Shown here: piece after piece, positions 10,404 to 20,865 of the stretch | Layout: the number at the start of each line of letters is the position of its first letter | Numbering within the stretch: the stretch's first letter is position 1 | DNA from: an uncultured Chloroflexia bacterium | GTDB lineage: Bacteria; Chloroflexota; Chloroflexia; Thermomicrobiales; UBA6265 | Direction: 5' to 3' | Assembly: GCA_963724295.1 (NCBI GenBank) | Contig: CAVRUC010000013.1 | Span: forward strand, 32,001 to 96,000 | DNA: 64,000 bases | Program-made: the position numbers and the translations under genes | Notes under the pieces: generated by a model | What the model saw: only the letters and a program-made list of their open reading frames with translations | Databases searched by the model: none | What the model was told of the DNA's origin: nothing

Positions 10404-11441
10404 ATGCGTGCCGTGATCGGGACGTCAATCGCCATTGGTCTCGGATTGAGCCAGGCAGGCGTGGTCGCCACAGCCCAGGAGGGGACGCCGGCAGTCGCTT
10501 CAGCGATCGGTCTCTCGCGCGCCAATCCAGTTCCCCTGGGAGAACCGGCGCAGGCGGGACCGGTCGAGCTCCAGGTCCTTGACGTCCTCAGCGGACCAGA
10601 GGCGGTCGCCTCCGTGCTGGCGGCCTCACCCACGAATGTCGAGCCGCGGGATGGGTTCACCTTCGTCGCCGTCAATCTTTCCGTCCGCAATACCGGGAGC
10701 CAGCCTCTCTCGCTGGACAATGACGATTTTGCCGTGACCGGCGATTCGGGTCTGGTATGGCGTTTTCTGGGCGCGCGGCCACCCGAACCGGCGCTGGACG
10801 CTACGCTGAATCCGGGTGAGTCGAGCGAAGGATGGGTGGCTTTCGGCATTCCCGCCGAAGAAAGCTCGCTCCTGTTGATCTTCGATTGCCTGGAGCTTGG
10901 CGGCTCGTGGGCCGACCGGGTGCTGGCCCTTCAGGACGGCGCCCGGATCCCCGATCTATCCCAGCCCATAGCGGCGCCCAATGACGCCGGAACCGACTTC
11001 AGCACCGCGCTCGGCACCGGCGAACCCGCGGTGACCGATCAGTGGTCCGTCGAATTGCTGGACGTCGTCACCGCTGAGACCGCGTTCGATCTGGTCGACT
11101 ATCGCTCGGGTGCGCTCGGCGCTGGCGATGCGACCGGGGAGGACGGATCGGTTTGGATCGCCTTGCGATTCCGGATCCAGAATGTGGCGGCTGGGGGTGA
11201 GCTGGCGTACTTCCCGGCGAACGCGTTCGTCCTCGTCGATGATGCCGGGAATCCCCTCCTGGACGTCGCCACGCTGACCCCACCCCGACCCGACGCCGCG
11301 GGCGGTTATTACCCCGGTGCCCAGCGCGAAGGCTGGGTCATGTTCGATGTCCCGCTGGACTACACCGCGGCGACCGTCCGGTTTCTCCCCTTCGCGCACA
11401 CCTCGACCTCACTCGATCCCCGCTTCTTCTCCTTCGGCTGA
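10404..11441 (+). CDS. Secreted protein with two tandem DUF4352-like Ig-fold domains
   Basis: Signal peptide (ATA-QEGTP); duplicated pattern V.N..V.N...F...LNPGES.EGWVAF / F.IQN...F...YPGAQREGWVMF. Confidence 0.7.
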   Translation: MRAVIGTSIAIGLGLSQAGVVATAQEGTPAVASAIGLSRANPVPLGEPAQAGPVELQVLDVLSGPEAVASVLAASPTNVEPRDGFTFVAVNLSVRNTGSQPLSLDNDDFAVTGDSGLVWRFLGARPPEPALDATLNPGESSEGWVAFGIPAEESSLLLIFDCLELGGSWADRVLALQDGARIPDLSQPIAAPNDAGTDFSTALGTGEPAVTDQWSVELLDVVTAETAFDLVDYRSGALGAGDATGEDGSVWIALRFRIQNVAAGGELAYFPANAFVLVDDAGNPLLDVATLTPPRPDAAGGYYPGAQREGWVMFDVPLDYTAATVRFLPFAHTSTSLDPRFFSFG

Positions 11442-11631
11442 TTGACCGGGTCTCTGCAGCCTTTGCCATCTTTGCAACCTTCCATAACAATCGCCCGGCT
11501 GGAGCATGCCGGCGCTGATACCCGGTCAGAGCGAGTGCGGTCCGCATGCACGGTGGCCGGAATCATAGGGATCGCCCAGCGCCGGCCCCGGCGCTGGGCG
11601 ATCGAGACGGTCACGGTTGGCCGCGGCTTGC

Positions 11632-13717
11632 CTACCAGATGACGATGCGCTGCTCGGGCGGGAGATACATCGGATCTCCGGGCTCGATGCCGAAGGCCGC
11701 GAAGAACTCGTCCATATTGCGCGCTGGCTGTACCGCGCGAACCTGCGCCGGAGCGTGTGGATCGGTATTGACCAGCGTGGCCAGGAATTCGTCGCGCGCC
11801 TTCTCGGCCCATCGGTACGCGTTGGCGATAAAGAAGCGCTGATCCTGGGTGAGCCCCTCGATCAGACCCGGGTCGCCTTCCTCGGCAAGCGCGGCCTGGA
11901 GTGCGTCATGGGCGATCTGCAACCCGCCCATATCCGCGATGTTCTCACCGATGGTCAGCTCGCCATCGACGAAGACATCAGGCAGAACTTCCACCTCGTC
12001 GTACTGAGCCACGACTCGATCCGTGAGCGCCGTGAACCGCTCGGTATCCTCCGGCGTCCACCAATTGACAAGGTTGCCGTTGGCATCAAACTTCGAACCG
12101 CTCTGGTCGAACGCGTGCGTAATCTCGTGGCCGATGGTGCCGCCGATGCCGCCATAGTTGTACGCAAGATCGGCTTGATAATCGAAAAATGGAGGTTGCA
12201 GGATCGCGGCGGGGAAGACGATCTCATTGTTCGTGGGCGAGTAGTAGGCGTTCACCGTTTGCGGCAGCATCCCCCACTCGTCGCGATCGACCGGCCCACC
12301 AACGCGGGCGAGATCCCGCTTGTACTCAGCGATGCTCGCGCTGAGCACGGACTCAACGTAGGAATCGCCGATCGTGACATTCTCATAGGTGCGCCACGTG
12401 TCGGGATAGCCAACCTTGACGCGCATGGTGTCGAGCTTCGCCAGCGCCTCTGCCTTCGTTTCCGGCGACATCCAATCAAGCGTTTCGATGCGCGCACGCG
12501 TGGCTGCCTTGATGTGATCGACGAGCTCCTCGATCTGGGCCTTCGCCTCCGGCGGGAAGTACTCCTCGACGTAGAGCTTGCCAAGCGCTTCGCCGAGGGC
12601 GCCATTGACCGCTCCCAGCGCCTGCTCCTCGTCGGGACTCTGCTCCTCGACGCCATACAGCGTCGTGCCATAGAAGGAGAAGGCGGTGTCGTCCATCTCC
12701 TTGGTCAGTGCTGACGCGGTATTCCAGAGTACCTGCAGCCTCAGGTACTCCTTGATCGTTTCGAGATCGGTGGAGTTGACGATGTCGTCGATGGCGTCCA
12801 GATACGCCTCCTGGGTGACGACGACGGTTTCCTGATCGGCGACGCCCAGGATCTCGAGGAACGCCGGCCAGTTGAAGTCAGGGTTGGCCGCGATCAGATC
12901 CGCCACAGGCCGGGGGTGGTAGTAGTTCGCCGGATCGTTGGCGTCGGCGGGGCGCAGAAAGAGGTTCGGCCAGTCGCTTCTCGAAGTCATAAACACGCTG
13001 CGCCGCGGCGGTTGCTTCGGCCTCATCGTAGCCGGCGAAGCCGAGCAGCTTGGCGCTCGTTGCGCGGTAGGCCTCGCGGATCGGCTCGTTGGCCGCGTCA
13101 TCCTCCCAGTAATAGTCACGATTGGGCAAGCCAAGGGCCGGGCCACCGTACCAGAGGGTGTAGATCGAGCTGTCCTGCAGATCAACCCCGGGTGAGACAC
13201 CATAAAGCCCGGAGGCATTCGTCGTCAGTACGCCTTCGCGAAGGAAGGCATAGAGCTCGTCGAGCGTAGAAATCGCATCGATTCTGGCCAGGTCACCGGC
13301 GATCGGCTCGATACCCTGGGCATTCCGGGTGTCGTAGTCGAGCCCCTGGGCGAAGAGCTGGACTGCTTTCCACTCGTCGGAGCCTTCCGGGAGGGTATCC
13401 GAGGCAGAGAGGCGCTTGAGCAACCCGAGGAGTTGGTCGGTGGTGAGCTCGTCGATCTCGTCGCTGATGCCAAAGGCGGCACGATCCGCGGGAATCGCCG
13501 CCGTGTCTTGCCAGCGACCGGTGGCGTAGCGATAGAAATCCTTACCCGGCGGGACCGATGGATCCATGGCGGCGAGCAATGATCCATGAGCCACGCTTGC
13601 GACCGGTGGCGCGGGGAGTGGAGCGGGAGTTGGGATCTGCGCTGCCAGCGCGCGGGGGACACCACATATTACGGTAATGCAGAGCAATAGGAATATCAGA
13701 CGAAAGGCACGGAGCAT
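11632..13717 (-). CDS. M13 family zinc metalloendopeptidase (PepO/neprilysin-like), secreted; one frameshift near 12958
   Basis: N-part DFY.YA.G.W, LGLPNRDYY (ORF 12878-13717); C-part VNAYY, FPAAILQPPFF, GHEITHAFD, GENIAD (ORF 11632-13218); the two join if one base of the A-run at ~12958 is removed. Confidence 0.9.
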
Positions 13718-13863
13718 ACGGGTCTCCCTGGACGTGCGTGACGTAAGGCGGCGGGCAGGAGATAGGGTAGCCCGTAACCTTCAAGAAGGGCTACAAACTG
13801 GGTCGAACCTTGCACGTGCGGCGTTGTGATTCTCGCGGTGAACCGGGAAAGGAGATCTCGTCC

Positions 13864-14709
13864 ATGGTTGGCCGTCCCTGGACTTACGTGCCGGCAGAGC
13901 CGGCGGCAATCGCCGTTGATCGGTCGTTCTACGAGCGGATTGCCATCGAGACCGATGGGCGGACATTGACTCATCAACACGTCGTGCCCATTCGCAGTGG
14001 TTACGCCTGGCCGGTGCGAGCCGGGCAGGTTTGCCGCGTAGTGGCGGTCGAGGGGCCGCAAGTCGTCGATTTCAACGTCTGGAACCTGCACAACCCACGA
14101 GAGCGCTTCTGGGCGGCCCGCACCCGGCAATTGGAGAGCAGCCACCTCACCAACTACAACCGGCTCTGGTCAGTCCTGCCCTACCTGCGCCCGATGCTGA
14201 CGATCACCCGGGAGACGATCCAGTACGGAGAAGACGAGGACGGCGGACGCTGCCACGACCTGCTGGGGTCGCGCTGCGATCCTTACGTGACCAAGATGCT
14301 CATGGGCGAGACCTTCGATTTCAACTGCCACTCCAATTTGACGCGCGCCGTGCTGCCCTGGCATCTCAACGAGTCGGACGTCCACGACGTCCTCAACATC
14401 TTCCAGGTCACGGGGCTCGACGAAGATGACCGCTACTTCATGAAAGCCAGTCCGGCCAGGAAAGGTGATTACTTCGAGTTCCTGGCCGAGATCGATCTAC
14501 TCTGCGCGATCTCGACCTGTCCGGGTGGGGATCTCTCCGTGCCGCTCTGGGGGCCCGACGCCGGCGATCCCCTTCCCACCTGCAAGCCAATCGGCATCGA
14601 GGTCTACGACCTCCCGGACGCGCTGCTCAGGGGCTGGCGCTCCCCTCTGCCATCCGATTACGACGGCTTCTTTGGGCTGAAGCAACCAACCTGGGGCCAA
14701 GACGACTGA
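13864..14709 (+). CDS. DUF1989 / urea carboxylase-associated family protein
   Basis: GPQVVD.N.W, HDLLG.RCDP, CHSNL, HDVLNIFQ, A.STCPGGD. Confidence 0.85.
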   Translation: MVGRPWTYVPAEPAAIAVDRSFYERIAIETDGRTLTHQHVVPIRSGYAWPVRAGQVCRVVAVEGPQVVDFNVWNLHNPRERFWAARTRQLESSHLTNYNRLWSVLPYLRPMLTITRETIQYGEDEDGGRCHDLLGSRCDPYVTKMLMGETFDFNCHSNLTRAVLPWHLNESDVHDVLNIFQVTGLDEDDRYFMKASPARKGDYFEFLAEIDLLCAISTCPGGDLSVPLWGPDAGDPLPTCKPIGIEVYDLPDALLRGWRSPLPSDYDGFFGLKQPTWGQDD

Positions 14710-14722
14710 GTTGGGCTTCGGC

Positions 14723-15964
14723 TCACGCGCGCTCTGGTCCCATCGGCCGGCCTCCGCCGAGAACCAGGAACACGCCGAGCAGCGCCGCCACCACACCCCC
14801 GGCGACTCCGTAGGCGGGCAGCCAGCCGTACCGCTCCGCGGTCCAGCCGAACAACGGGAAGGCCCAGATCATCGTCACCGAGTAGAGAAAGCCCTCGACC
14901 GAGAGAACCGTGGCCCGCTGGGCGGAGGTGATGGCCATGTTCACACGCCGCGCGATCATCGGCTCGAACGCGCCAGCAAAGAGCTCGGCGACGATCAGTC
15001 CCAGCAGCGCGACCAGGATCGGCGCTCCACCCATGAGCAGGCCCGACCCCGCGATAACCCCGGTCGCGGCCACCGTCCAGAATCGGAAGGTGCGCAGACT
15101 CGCCAGCCGCCCGGACAGCCATGCTCCGATCGCGGTCGTGAACAAGGTGGCGCCGAGCACGAAACCGATCTGCGATGGTGCCAGCCCACGTTCGGCAAGC
15201 ACCGCCTGGGCGTAGAGATGGACCAGCGCGGAGACGGTCCAGAGCGTCGCGGCGAAGACGATCAAAACCAGAAGCTGCCGGTCACCGCGGACGATGCGCA
15301 GTGCCTCGGCGATGGTGCCACGCATCCCCTGCCTCGCTGGCGGACGTTGTGGCTCCCGGAGACTGGCGGCCAGGAACGCGGCAGCCAGCCCCGCGCCAGC
15401 GGCCAGTCCGAATGGCAACGCGTAGTCGCGCTCCGCGAGCGACGCTCCGATCGCCGTGGTCGCCGCTATAGCGACATAGGACACCGAGTTGAGCCTCCCC
15501 AGCAGGCTGGTGAACCGGGTGCCGGCCGGCTCGTCGAGACTGTCAAAGAGAAACGCCTGCTGCGAGCCCGATCGAAATGCATAGGCCGCACCATTGAGAT
15601 ACAGCGCTGGCAGCAGGAGCCAGAGTGAGTCGGCGACAAATATCAGCGCCGTTGAGCCGGCCATCAACAGAGCGCCGGCGGCCATCGACCATTTGCGGCC
15701 GAGTACGTCGGCAAACGACCCGGACGGCAGCTCGAGGGTAATCGGCGCGAGATGGAAAGCCGACTCCGCCAGGCCGATCTCGGCGAGTGAGAAACCCCGG
15801 CTCTGCAGAAAGATGATCCAGATACCCGCGGTGAAGCTGAAATCATTGATGGCCTGAAACGCGTAAAAGCGACGCAGGTCGGTTCCAGGTGGAGCCGCCG
15901 CCGCCGCGGCGATCGTCGCCGCGCTCTCCGCCGGGACGTGTCTGGCTTGTTCCTCGGCGTCCAT
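14723..15964 (-). CDS. MFS transporter
   Basis: About 12 TM segments; ELPSG.FAD..GRK motif A, SG...A..FD, RATVLS. Confidence 0.9.
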   Translation of the reverse strand: MDAEEQARHVPAESAATIAAAAAAPPGTDLRRFYAFQAINDFSFTAGIWIIFLQSRGFSLAEIGLAESAFHLAPITLELPSGSFADVLGRKWSMAAGALLMAGSTALIFVADSLWLLLPALYLNGAAYAFRSGSQQAFLFDSLDEPAGTRFTSLLGRLNSVSYVAIAATTAIGASLAERDYALPFGLAAGAGLAAAFLAASLREPQRPPARQGMRGTIAEALRIVRGDRQLLVLIVFAATLWTVSALVHLYAQAVLAERGLAPSQIGFVLGATLFTTAIGAWLSGRLASLRTFRFWTVAATGVIAGSGLLMGGAPILVALLGLIVAELFAGAFEPMIARRVNMAITSAQRATVLSVEGFLYSVTMIWAFPLFGWTAERYGWLPAYGVAGGVVAALLGVFLVLGGGRPMGPERA

Positions 15965-16095
15965 CCGGCAGTCCTCTTTCTGCGCAGCGCGACGGCTGGC
16001 AGAGTCTAGCAGTGGCGCGGCGCGTTGCCGGAACGACCCAACTGGCTACAATGGTCGTGACCGTTTCGCGCGTATCGGTCCCGCGAGGCGCCAAC

Positions 16096-16368
16096 GTGCC
16101 TGACCTGAAGACACTCTTGCTCATCTGCGCGGTGCTTCTCTGGGCTTGTGTCCAGTATGGTCTGATGGTGTGGGCGCTGCGCGACCTGATGCAGCGACCT
16201 CGCGTGCGCGGCGACAACAAAGTCCTCTGGAGCCTGCTGATTCTGACCGTACCCGTCATCGGAGCGCTCTTCTACGCGGCCGTGGCGCCCGTGACACCGA
16301 TCGCCCGCACGCCGCGGCTGATCGTCCCGCAACGGCGCCTGGCGGCCCATGACGACACGGCCGCCTGA
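16096..16368 (+). CDS. Small membrane protein with PLDc_N (phospholipase D N-terminal) domain
   Basis: WAL.DL..R......K.LW..LI...PVIG..FY signature. Confidence 0.75.
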   Translation: MPDLKTLLLICAVLLWACVQYGLMVWALRDLMQRPRVRGDNKVLWSLLILTVPVIGALFYAAVAPVTPIARTPRLIVPQRRLAAHDDTAA

Positions 16369-17377
16369 TCAGCGACCCGGGCGGGAACGCACGGCACTCT
16401 TTCGCTCGCTTGCGTTCCGCGAGCACGACACCGGCGATCACCCGGAAAACGCGGGGCGGCTCCTCGCGATCGATTCGGAGCTCGAGCGCCTGAATCTCCT
16501 CGGCGGGCGTCCCGAAATCCCGTTTACCGCCGCACCTGACGACGTCCTGGCGCTCGTCCACGACCCTCGCTATATCGCGGGCATACGGGAGTTTTCGGCG
16601 CAGGGCGGCGGCTGGCTGGATGCCGATACCCCCGTCGGCGCGCGCTCGGTCGACATCGCCGCGCTCGCCGCCGGCGCAGGCGTTGCCGCCGTCGACGCTG
16701 CCCTTGACGGCCGGGCACAGCATGTATTCGTCCTCGCCAGACCTCCTGGACACCATGCCACCCCAACCAGGGGCATGGGATTCTGCCTCTTCAACACGAT
16801 CGCCGTTGCCGCCGCGCACGCGCTTCGTCGCGGCCTGGACCGGGTGTTGATCGTCGATTGGGACGTGCACCACGGCAATGGCACCCAGGACGCCTTCTAC
16901 GAGACTGATGAGGTGCTCTTCTGCTCGGTTCACCAATGGCCCCTCTACCCGGGCACGGGGGCCGCGAGCGAGCGCGGCGCTGGACGGGGCGCGGGATACA
17001 CCATTAATGTCCCGCTGGCGGCGGGCGCTGACGACGACGCTTACAGGGAGGTCTTCGACCAACTCATCCTCCCCGCCGCCAACGCATTCCGGCCTCAAAT
17101 CGTTCTGATCTCAGCTGGGTTCGATGCCCATGCGAACGATCCCCTGGCTGGCATGCTGGTGACTGAGCGGGGCTTCGCCAGTCTCGCGCGCCGCGTCGTT
17201 GGGATCGCCGCCGACCATGCGGATGGTCGAGTCGTGGCGTTTCTGGAAGGCGGATATGACCCGCCGGCGCTGGCGGCGAGCGTCGTGGCCACGCTGGCCG
17301 AGCTCGACGGCGACGACGCATCATTGGCTGAGGCACTCGGGTCCAGAGACAGTCGAACGGAGAACAGGGCACGATGA
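16349..17377 (+). CDS. Histone deacetylase family (class II-like) Zn-dependent deacylase
   Basis: HPE...[40 protein letters not shown]. Confidence 0.95.
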   Translation: MTTRPPDQRPGRERTALFRSLAFREHDTGDHPENAGRLLAIDSELERLNLLGGRPEIPFTAAPDDVLALVHDPRYIAGIREFSAQGGGWLDADTPVGARSVDIAALAAGAGVAAVDAALDGRAQHVFVLARPPGHHATPTRGMGFCLFNTIAVAAAHALRRGLDRVLIVDWDVHHGNGTQDAFYETDEVLFCSVHQWPLYPGTGAASERGAGRGAGYTINVPLAAGADDDAYREVFDQLILPAANAFRPQIVLISAGFDAHANDPLAGMLVTERGFASLARRVVGIAADHADGRVVAFLEGGYDPPALAASVVATLAELDGDDASLAEALGSRDSRTENRAR

Positions 17378-18519
17378 GCAGTTTGCGGAGTAATGCACAG
17401 CCCCAAGCCGGTCCGGGTGCCTTGCGTCAAGACGACGAGCGGCGGCGGGACGAAGCGCGCCTGAACACTCTGCAGAATCAGGTCGACGAGCTCCGTCAAG
17501 CCATCCGTGAGGTACTCAGCCGTCAGGGTCGCGAAGAGGAGCTCTTCAAGCACTACGAGAGCGCGACCGCCCAAAACAGGATCGCCATCGAGCAACTTCG
17601 CCAGGAGAGCCAACAGAGCGCGCAGGCCCGGGCCCTCGACGAGAACCGCACCCGGCAGCAGGTCAACGACCTCGACGCCAGGCTGGAGGATGTGACACGT
17701 CCGATCCGGTCGCTACAGGCGCACGTGATGGAGCTCGTCGAGGCGGCGCGGCTCAAATCAGACGATACGGCTCAGTACCGCCAGCGCGACGAGGAGCTGC
17801 AAACGCAGATCGAGCATCTGTCCGCCCACGTCGATCGCACCGCGGTCCTCATCCATCAGGTTCGCGATGCGATCGACGGCGCGCGTGAGGAAACGGACGA
17901 ACTGCGCCGCGACGTCGTGCGCGCTGAGGACAGCATCAAGATCGTCGATCAGGATTCTCGCCGTCGGGTCGCCGAGGTCACCCAGGAAGGCGCCACCATT
18001 ACGGCGCGCATCGACGAGTTGCGCTCCGACCTCGGTCATCTCTTCGATCTGGTTGACGACACGCGTCGTTCCATCGTCCACGTCGATCCATCGTTGGAAG
18101 AGCTGCGAGACACGGACGCCGCTATCCGCCAGGAGCTGGGCCGCACTCAGACGCAAGGTGAAGGGCGACACGAGCTGTTGTTGGAGCGGGTCGAGGACAT
18201 GCGCGGAGACATGGACGCGCGGTTCGCCGATGTCCGTCAGGCGCTCGAGCAGCGACACGAGCGGCTAGCCGAGCGGATCGACGATCTGGGCGAAGCTCAC
18301 CGTGAGCTGGGATTTCGCATTAGCCAGCTCAGTGGTCAGCTCGACGAGCTGCGGCTCATCGACGCATCCGTCCGTCGCGACCTGTGGTTGCTCAACGAGC
18401 AGCGCGTCCGCCTGCGCCTCGATCAGGCGCAACAGGAGCTCGACCTCATCGCGAATCAGCGGCGAGACGCCGAGGCGGAGAGCGGCGCCGGCCGCGTGCG
18501 CCGGCCGGGCGATCATTGA
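17374..18519 (+). CDS. Long coiled-coil protein (381 aa), function unknown
   Basis: E/R/Q/L-rich heptad pattern over nearly the whole length, few Pro; ATGA overlap with the HDAC stop. Confidence 0.8.
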   Translation: MSSLRSNAQPQAGPGALRQDDERRRDEARLNTLQNQVDELRQAIREVLSRQGREEELFKHYESATAQNRIAIEQLRQESQQSAQARALDENRTRQQVNDLDARLEDVTRPIRSLQAHVMELVEAARLKSDDTAQYRQRDEELQTQIEHLSAHVDRTAVLIHQVRDAIDGAREETDELRRDVVRAEDSIKIVDQDSRRRVAEVTQEGATITARIDELRSDLGHLFDLVDDTRRSIVHVDPSLEELRDTDAAIRQELGRTQTQGEGRHELLLERVEDMRGDMDARFADVRQALEQRHERLAERIDDLGEAHRELGFRISQLSGQLDELRLIDASVRRDLWLLNEQRVRLRLDQAQQELDLIANQRRDAEAESGAGRVRRPGDH

Positions 18520-18634
18520 CCCGCGCCTCTGGAGAGCAGTCGTCGCGCGAACGGACGCGGCAAGAATGGGCCTTGGGGAATGACTTGGAGGCATACCACA
18601 CCCCACCGGCGCACTCGCGCTGAAGCGGCATGGG

Positions 18635-18667
18635 TTGACACTGTGGCGACCCTTTGATAAGGTCGCC
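18635..18667 (+). promoter_or_regulatory. Sigma70-type promoter for the NlpC/P60 gene with an overlapping inverted repeat
   Basis: TTGACA (18635-40), 17 nt, TAAGGT (18658-63); GGCGACC/GGTCGCC inverted repeat at 18645-51/18661-67. Confidence 0.65.
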
Positions 18668-18670
18668 GTA

Positions 18671-19034
18671 GTCCGATGCCCTCTGGGTGCCGGATTCGTA
18701 TTGGACGGGGCTGGCAACAGCCCCTTTGCAGGACTCACGGAAGAGGGGCCGCGCATGCGGACGGCCGGTATAACCACTGACCTCCAGCAGAACGCGTGCC
18801 ATCTTTCTCCCTTGAGCAATTACGCGATGCGACCATCGCGCAGGTTCATCTGACACACAACGACCCGGGTGCGCGGCGAGGATGAACGCCACGCACCCGG
18901 GTCGATCTTTTCCCAGCAGACTAGGGATGGACTGCCGGGAAAAGCGATCACGGACGGACCCCGTACACAGGAGGACGCAACCAGGTTCTGAACAACCCGA
19001 CACCTGCGGGCCGGTCAAGGGGCTGCTTGACCGG
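18671..19034 (+). ncRNA. Candidate structured 5' leader / cis-regulatory RNA
   Basis: Series of hairpins at 18671-18706, 18707-18724 (GCAA loop then TTT), 18823-18840, 18861-18904 (13-bp perfect stem), 18907-18944 and 19011-19034. Confidence 0.4.
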
Positions 19035-19054
19035 AGAAGTTGGAGGGAAGGGTC

Positions 19055-20728
19055 TTGACACTTCGCAGAACGATCGTGCGCAGACGCCTCGCAGCGCTGA
19101 TCGCATGTTGCTTGATCGCCACCATATTGCCGTTCTCCGCGGCCACCGCCGAGTACGGGATTCCGGCCGGTAGTGGCGCGGTGATCACCGCGGGCACGCC
19201 GCTGGCCGTTCGCACCGCACCCGGCTGGGACGCCGAAGTTTCCTACGAGATCGCCGATGGTTCCTATGTCACCGTCTGGGGTGTCGAACAGGCTGCCCCG
19301 GATGGAACCATGTGGTACCCGGTCGACGGCGGCTTTGTACCGGTCGATGCCGTCTCCAGCGTTGCTTCGCAGGACGACGAGTTCCAGCTCTTCCAGGATG
19401 CCGCTCCAGAGGCTACGGGAGAGGAATGGGTCGAGCCTGTCGCTCAGGGTTGGATCGATCCGGCAACAGGCGAATGGGTCGAGCCAGTAGCGACGACTGA
19501 AGAATGGGTTGAGCCGGTTGCCGAAGGTTGGGTCGATCCTGCCACCGGCCAATGGGTTGAGCCGGCGGCAACGACGGAGGAGTGGGTCGATCCCTCCCTT
19601 GATCAGAGCGCAACGCTCTATCAGGAAGCGGATGCGAATGCGCTAGCAACCGAGTGGGTAGATCCCGCCGCGGCTCCCGTTGCGGAAGCACCGGTGAGCG
19701 AAGGCTGGGTGGACCCGGCAACGGGCCAATGGGTTGAGCCGGCTCCTGTCGCAGAGGGGTGGGTGGACCCGGCTACCGGCCAATGGGTTGAACCTGCTCC
19801 GGCTGTTCAAGAGGGCTGGGTCGATCCGGTGACGGGGCAATGGGTCGAGGCCACACCCGCCGAAGGCGGTTGGGTCGATCCAGCCACGGGCCAATGGGTC
19901 GAGGCTGCCGCCACCGAAGTGTTGGCTCAAGAGGTTCCCGCTCAGGAGTTGGCGACTGAAGCCGCTCCCGCGGAAGTCTGGACCGAGTCTGCACCAGCTA
20001 CTACCAGCGGTCCCGAGCAGTGGGGCGAGCCGATCGGCACAGCCTACATCTCAGGCAGCGGTGGCGACGGTGCGGTCTGTCGCGCTGGCGCCGACCGGGG
20101 CACCGATCAGCTCGCGGTCCTCGGTGAAGGAGAGGCCGTCGAAGTCCGTGGCGAAGCGATCGGCGAATGGCAGCCGGTGAACTGCGCTGGTATTGGCGGC
20201 TATGTCAATGCATCCCTCATCGCGTGGGAGCCGAGCGTAGCAACTGCCGCTCCCGTCGAGCTCGCACAGCGGAACCGGGACAAAACTGGCGGTTGGAATG
20301 ACGGCGACGATGGCAACCAGGGCGCCGGTGCCGGCAACGATGGCACGGCGAGCTCCAGCGGGCAGGCGATCGCCAGCTTCGCCCAGCAGTTCGTGGGCTA
20401 CCCGTATGTCTATGCCGGAGAAGGGCCCGGCGGCTTTGACTGCTCCGGATTCACCAAGTACGTCATCCAACAGACGCTGGGCATCGATATCACCCACGAC
20501 ATGTTCACGCAGATTGGCATGGGTCAATCGGTAGGCATGAATGAGCTGCAGCCGGGCGACCTGGTCTTCTTTGCCAACACCTTCCGGCCGGGTCTGTCCC
20601 ACGCCGGCATCTACATCGGTGGCGGGCAGTTCGTTCACGCCGAGAATGAATCGACCGGGGTGAAGGTCAGCGACCTCAATTCTGATTACTACGGATCGCG
20701 CTGGGCTGGCGGTACGCGACTCGCGTAA
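19055..20728 (+). CDS. Secreted NlpC/P60 (C40) peptidoglycan endopeptidase with two SH3b-like domains and a Trp-rich repeat linker
   Basis: Signal peptide; LAVRTAPG...W.PV SH3b-like; C-terminal G.PYVYAG.GP..FDCSG...PGDLVFF...HAGIY.GGG.FVHA; TTG start with GGAGG RBS. Confidence 0.92.
   Translation: MTLRRTIVRRRLAALIACCLIATILPFSAATAEYGIPAGSGAVITAGTPLAVRTAPGWDAEVSYEIADGSYVTVWGVEQAAPDGTMWYPVDGGFVPVDAVSSVASQDDEFQLFQDAAPEATGEEWVEPVAQGWIDPATGEWVEPVATTEEWVEPVAEGWVDPATGQWVEPAATTEEWVDPSLDQSATLYQEADANALATEWVDPAAAPVAEAPVSEGWVDPATGQWVEPAPVAEGWVDPATGQWVEPAPAVQEGWVDPVTGQWVEATPAEGGWVDPATGQWVEAAATEVLAQEVPAQELATEAAPAEVWTESAPATTSGPEQWGEPIGTAYISGSGGDGAVCRAGADRGTDQLAVLGEGEAVEVRGEAIGEWQPVNCAGIGGYVNASLIAWEPSVATAAPVELAQRNRDKTGGWNDGDDGNQGAGAGNDGTASSSGQAIASFAQQFVGYPYVYAGEGPGGFDCSGFTKYVIQQTLGIDITHDMFTQIGMGQSVGMNELQPGDLVFFANTFRPGLSHAGIYIGGGQFVHAENESTGVKVSDLNSDYYGSRWAGGTRLA
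19421..19910 (+). repeat. Intragenic repeat encoding six GW[VI]DP[AV]TG[QE]WVE units plus partial WV[ED]P units
   Basis: Visible directly in the translation and in the DNA (tgggtcgatcc/tgggtggaccc...ggccaatgggt). Confidence 0.9.
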
Positions 20729-20809
20729 CGAGACAGACCCGCGCCAGCGGGATCCTCGGGGGACGAGGGCTGGTCCGGCGGAAACGCCGCCAGGGACCGG
20801 CAGGGGGAA

Positions 20810-20848
20810 GCGAGAGGGGCGCCGCGATTATCGCGGCGCCCCTCTCGC
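20810..20848. terminator. Perfect 18-bp hairpin between convergent NlpC/P60 and recA genes; probable bidirectional terminator
   Basis: GCGAGAGGGGCGCCGCGA-TTA-TCGCGGCGCCCCTCTCGC. Confidence 0.8.
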
Positions 20849-20865
20849 GTTACTCAGGCTAGCTG

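Noticed and set aside
18671..19034. c-di-AMP (ydaO) or c-di-GMP riboswitch
   Set aside because: I could not find the conserved cores by eye; kept only as an unassigned structured leader.
19421..19910. CRISPR-like repeat/spacer pattern
   Set aside because: The repeats are in-frame coding units with synonymous variation and short related spacers, and there are no cas genes.
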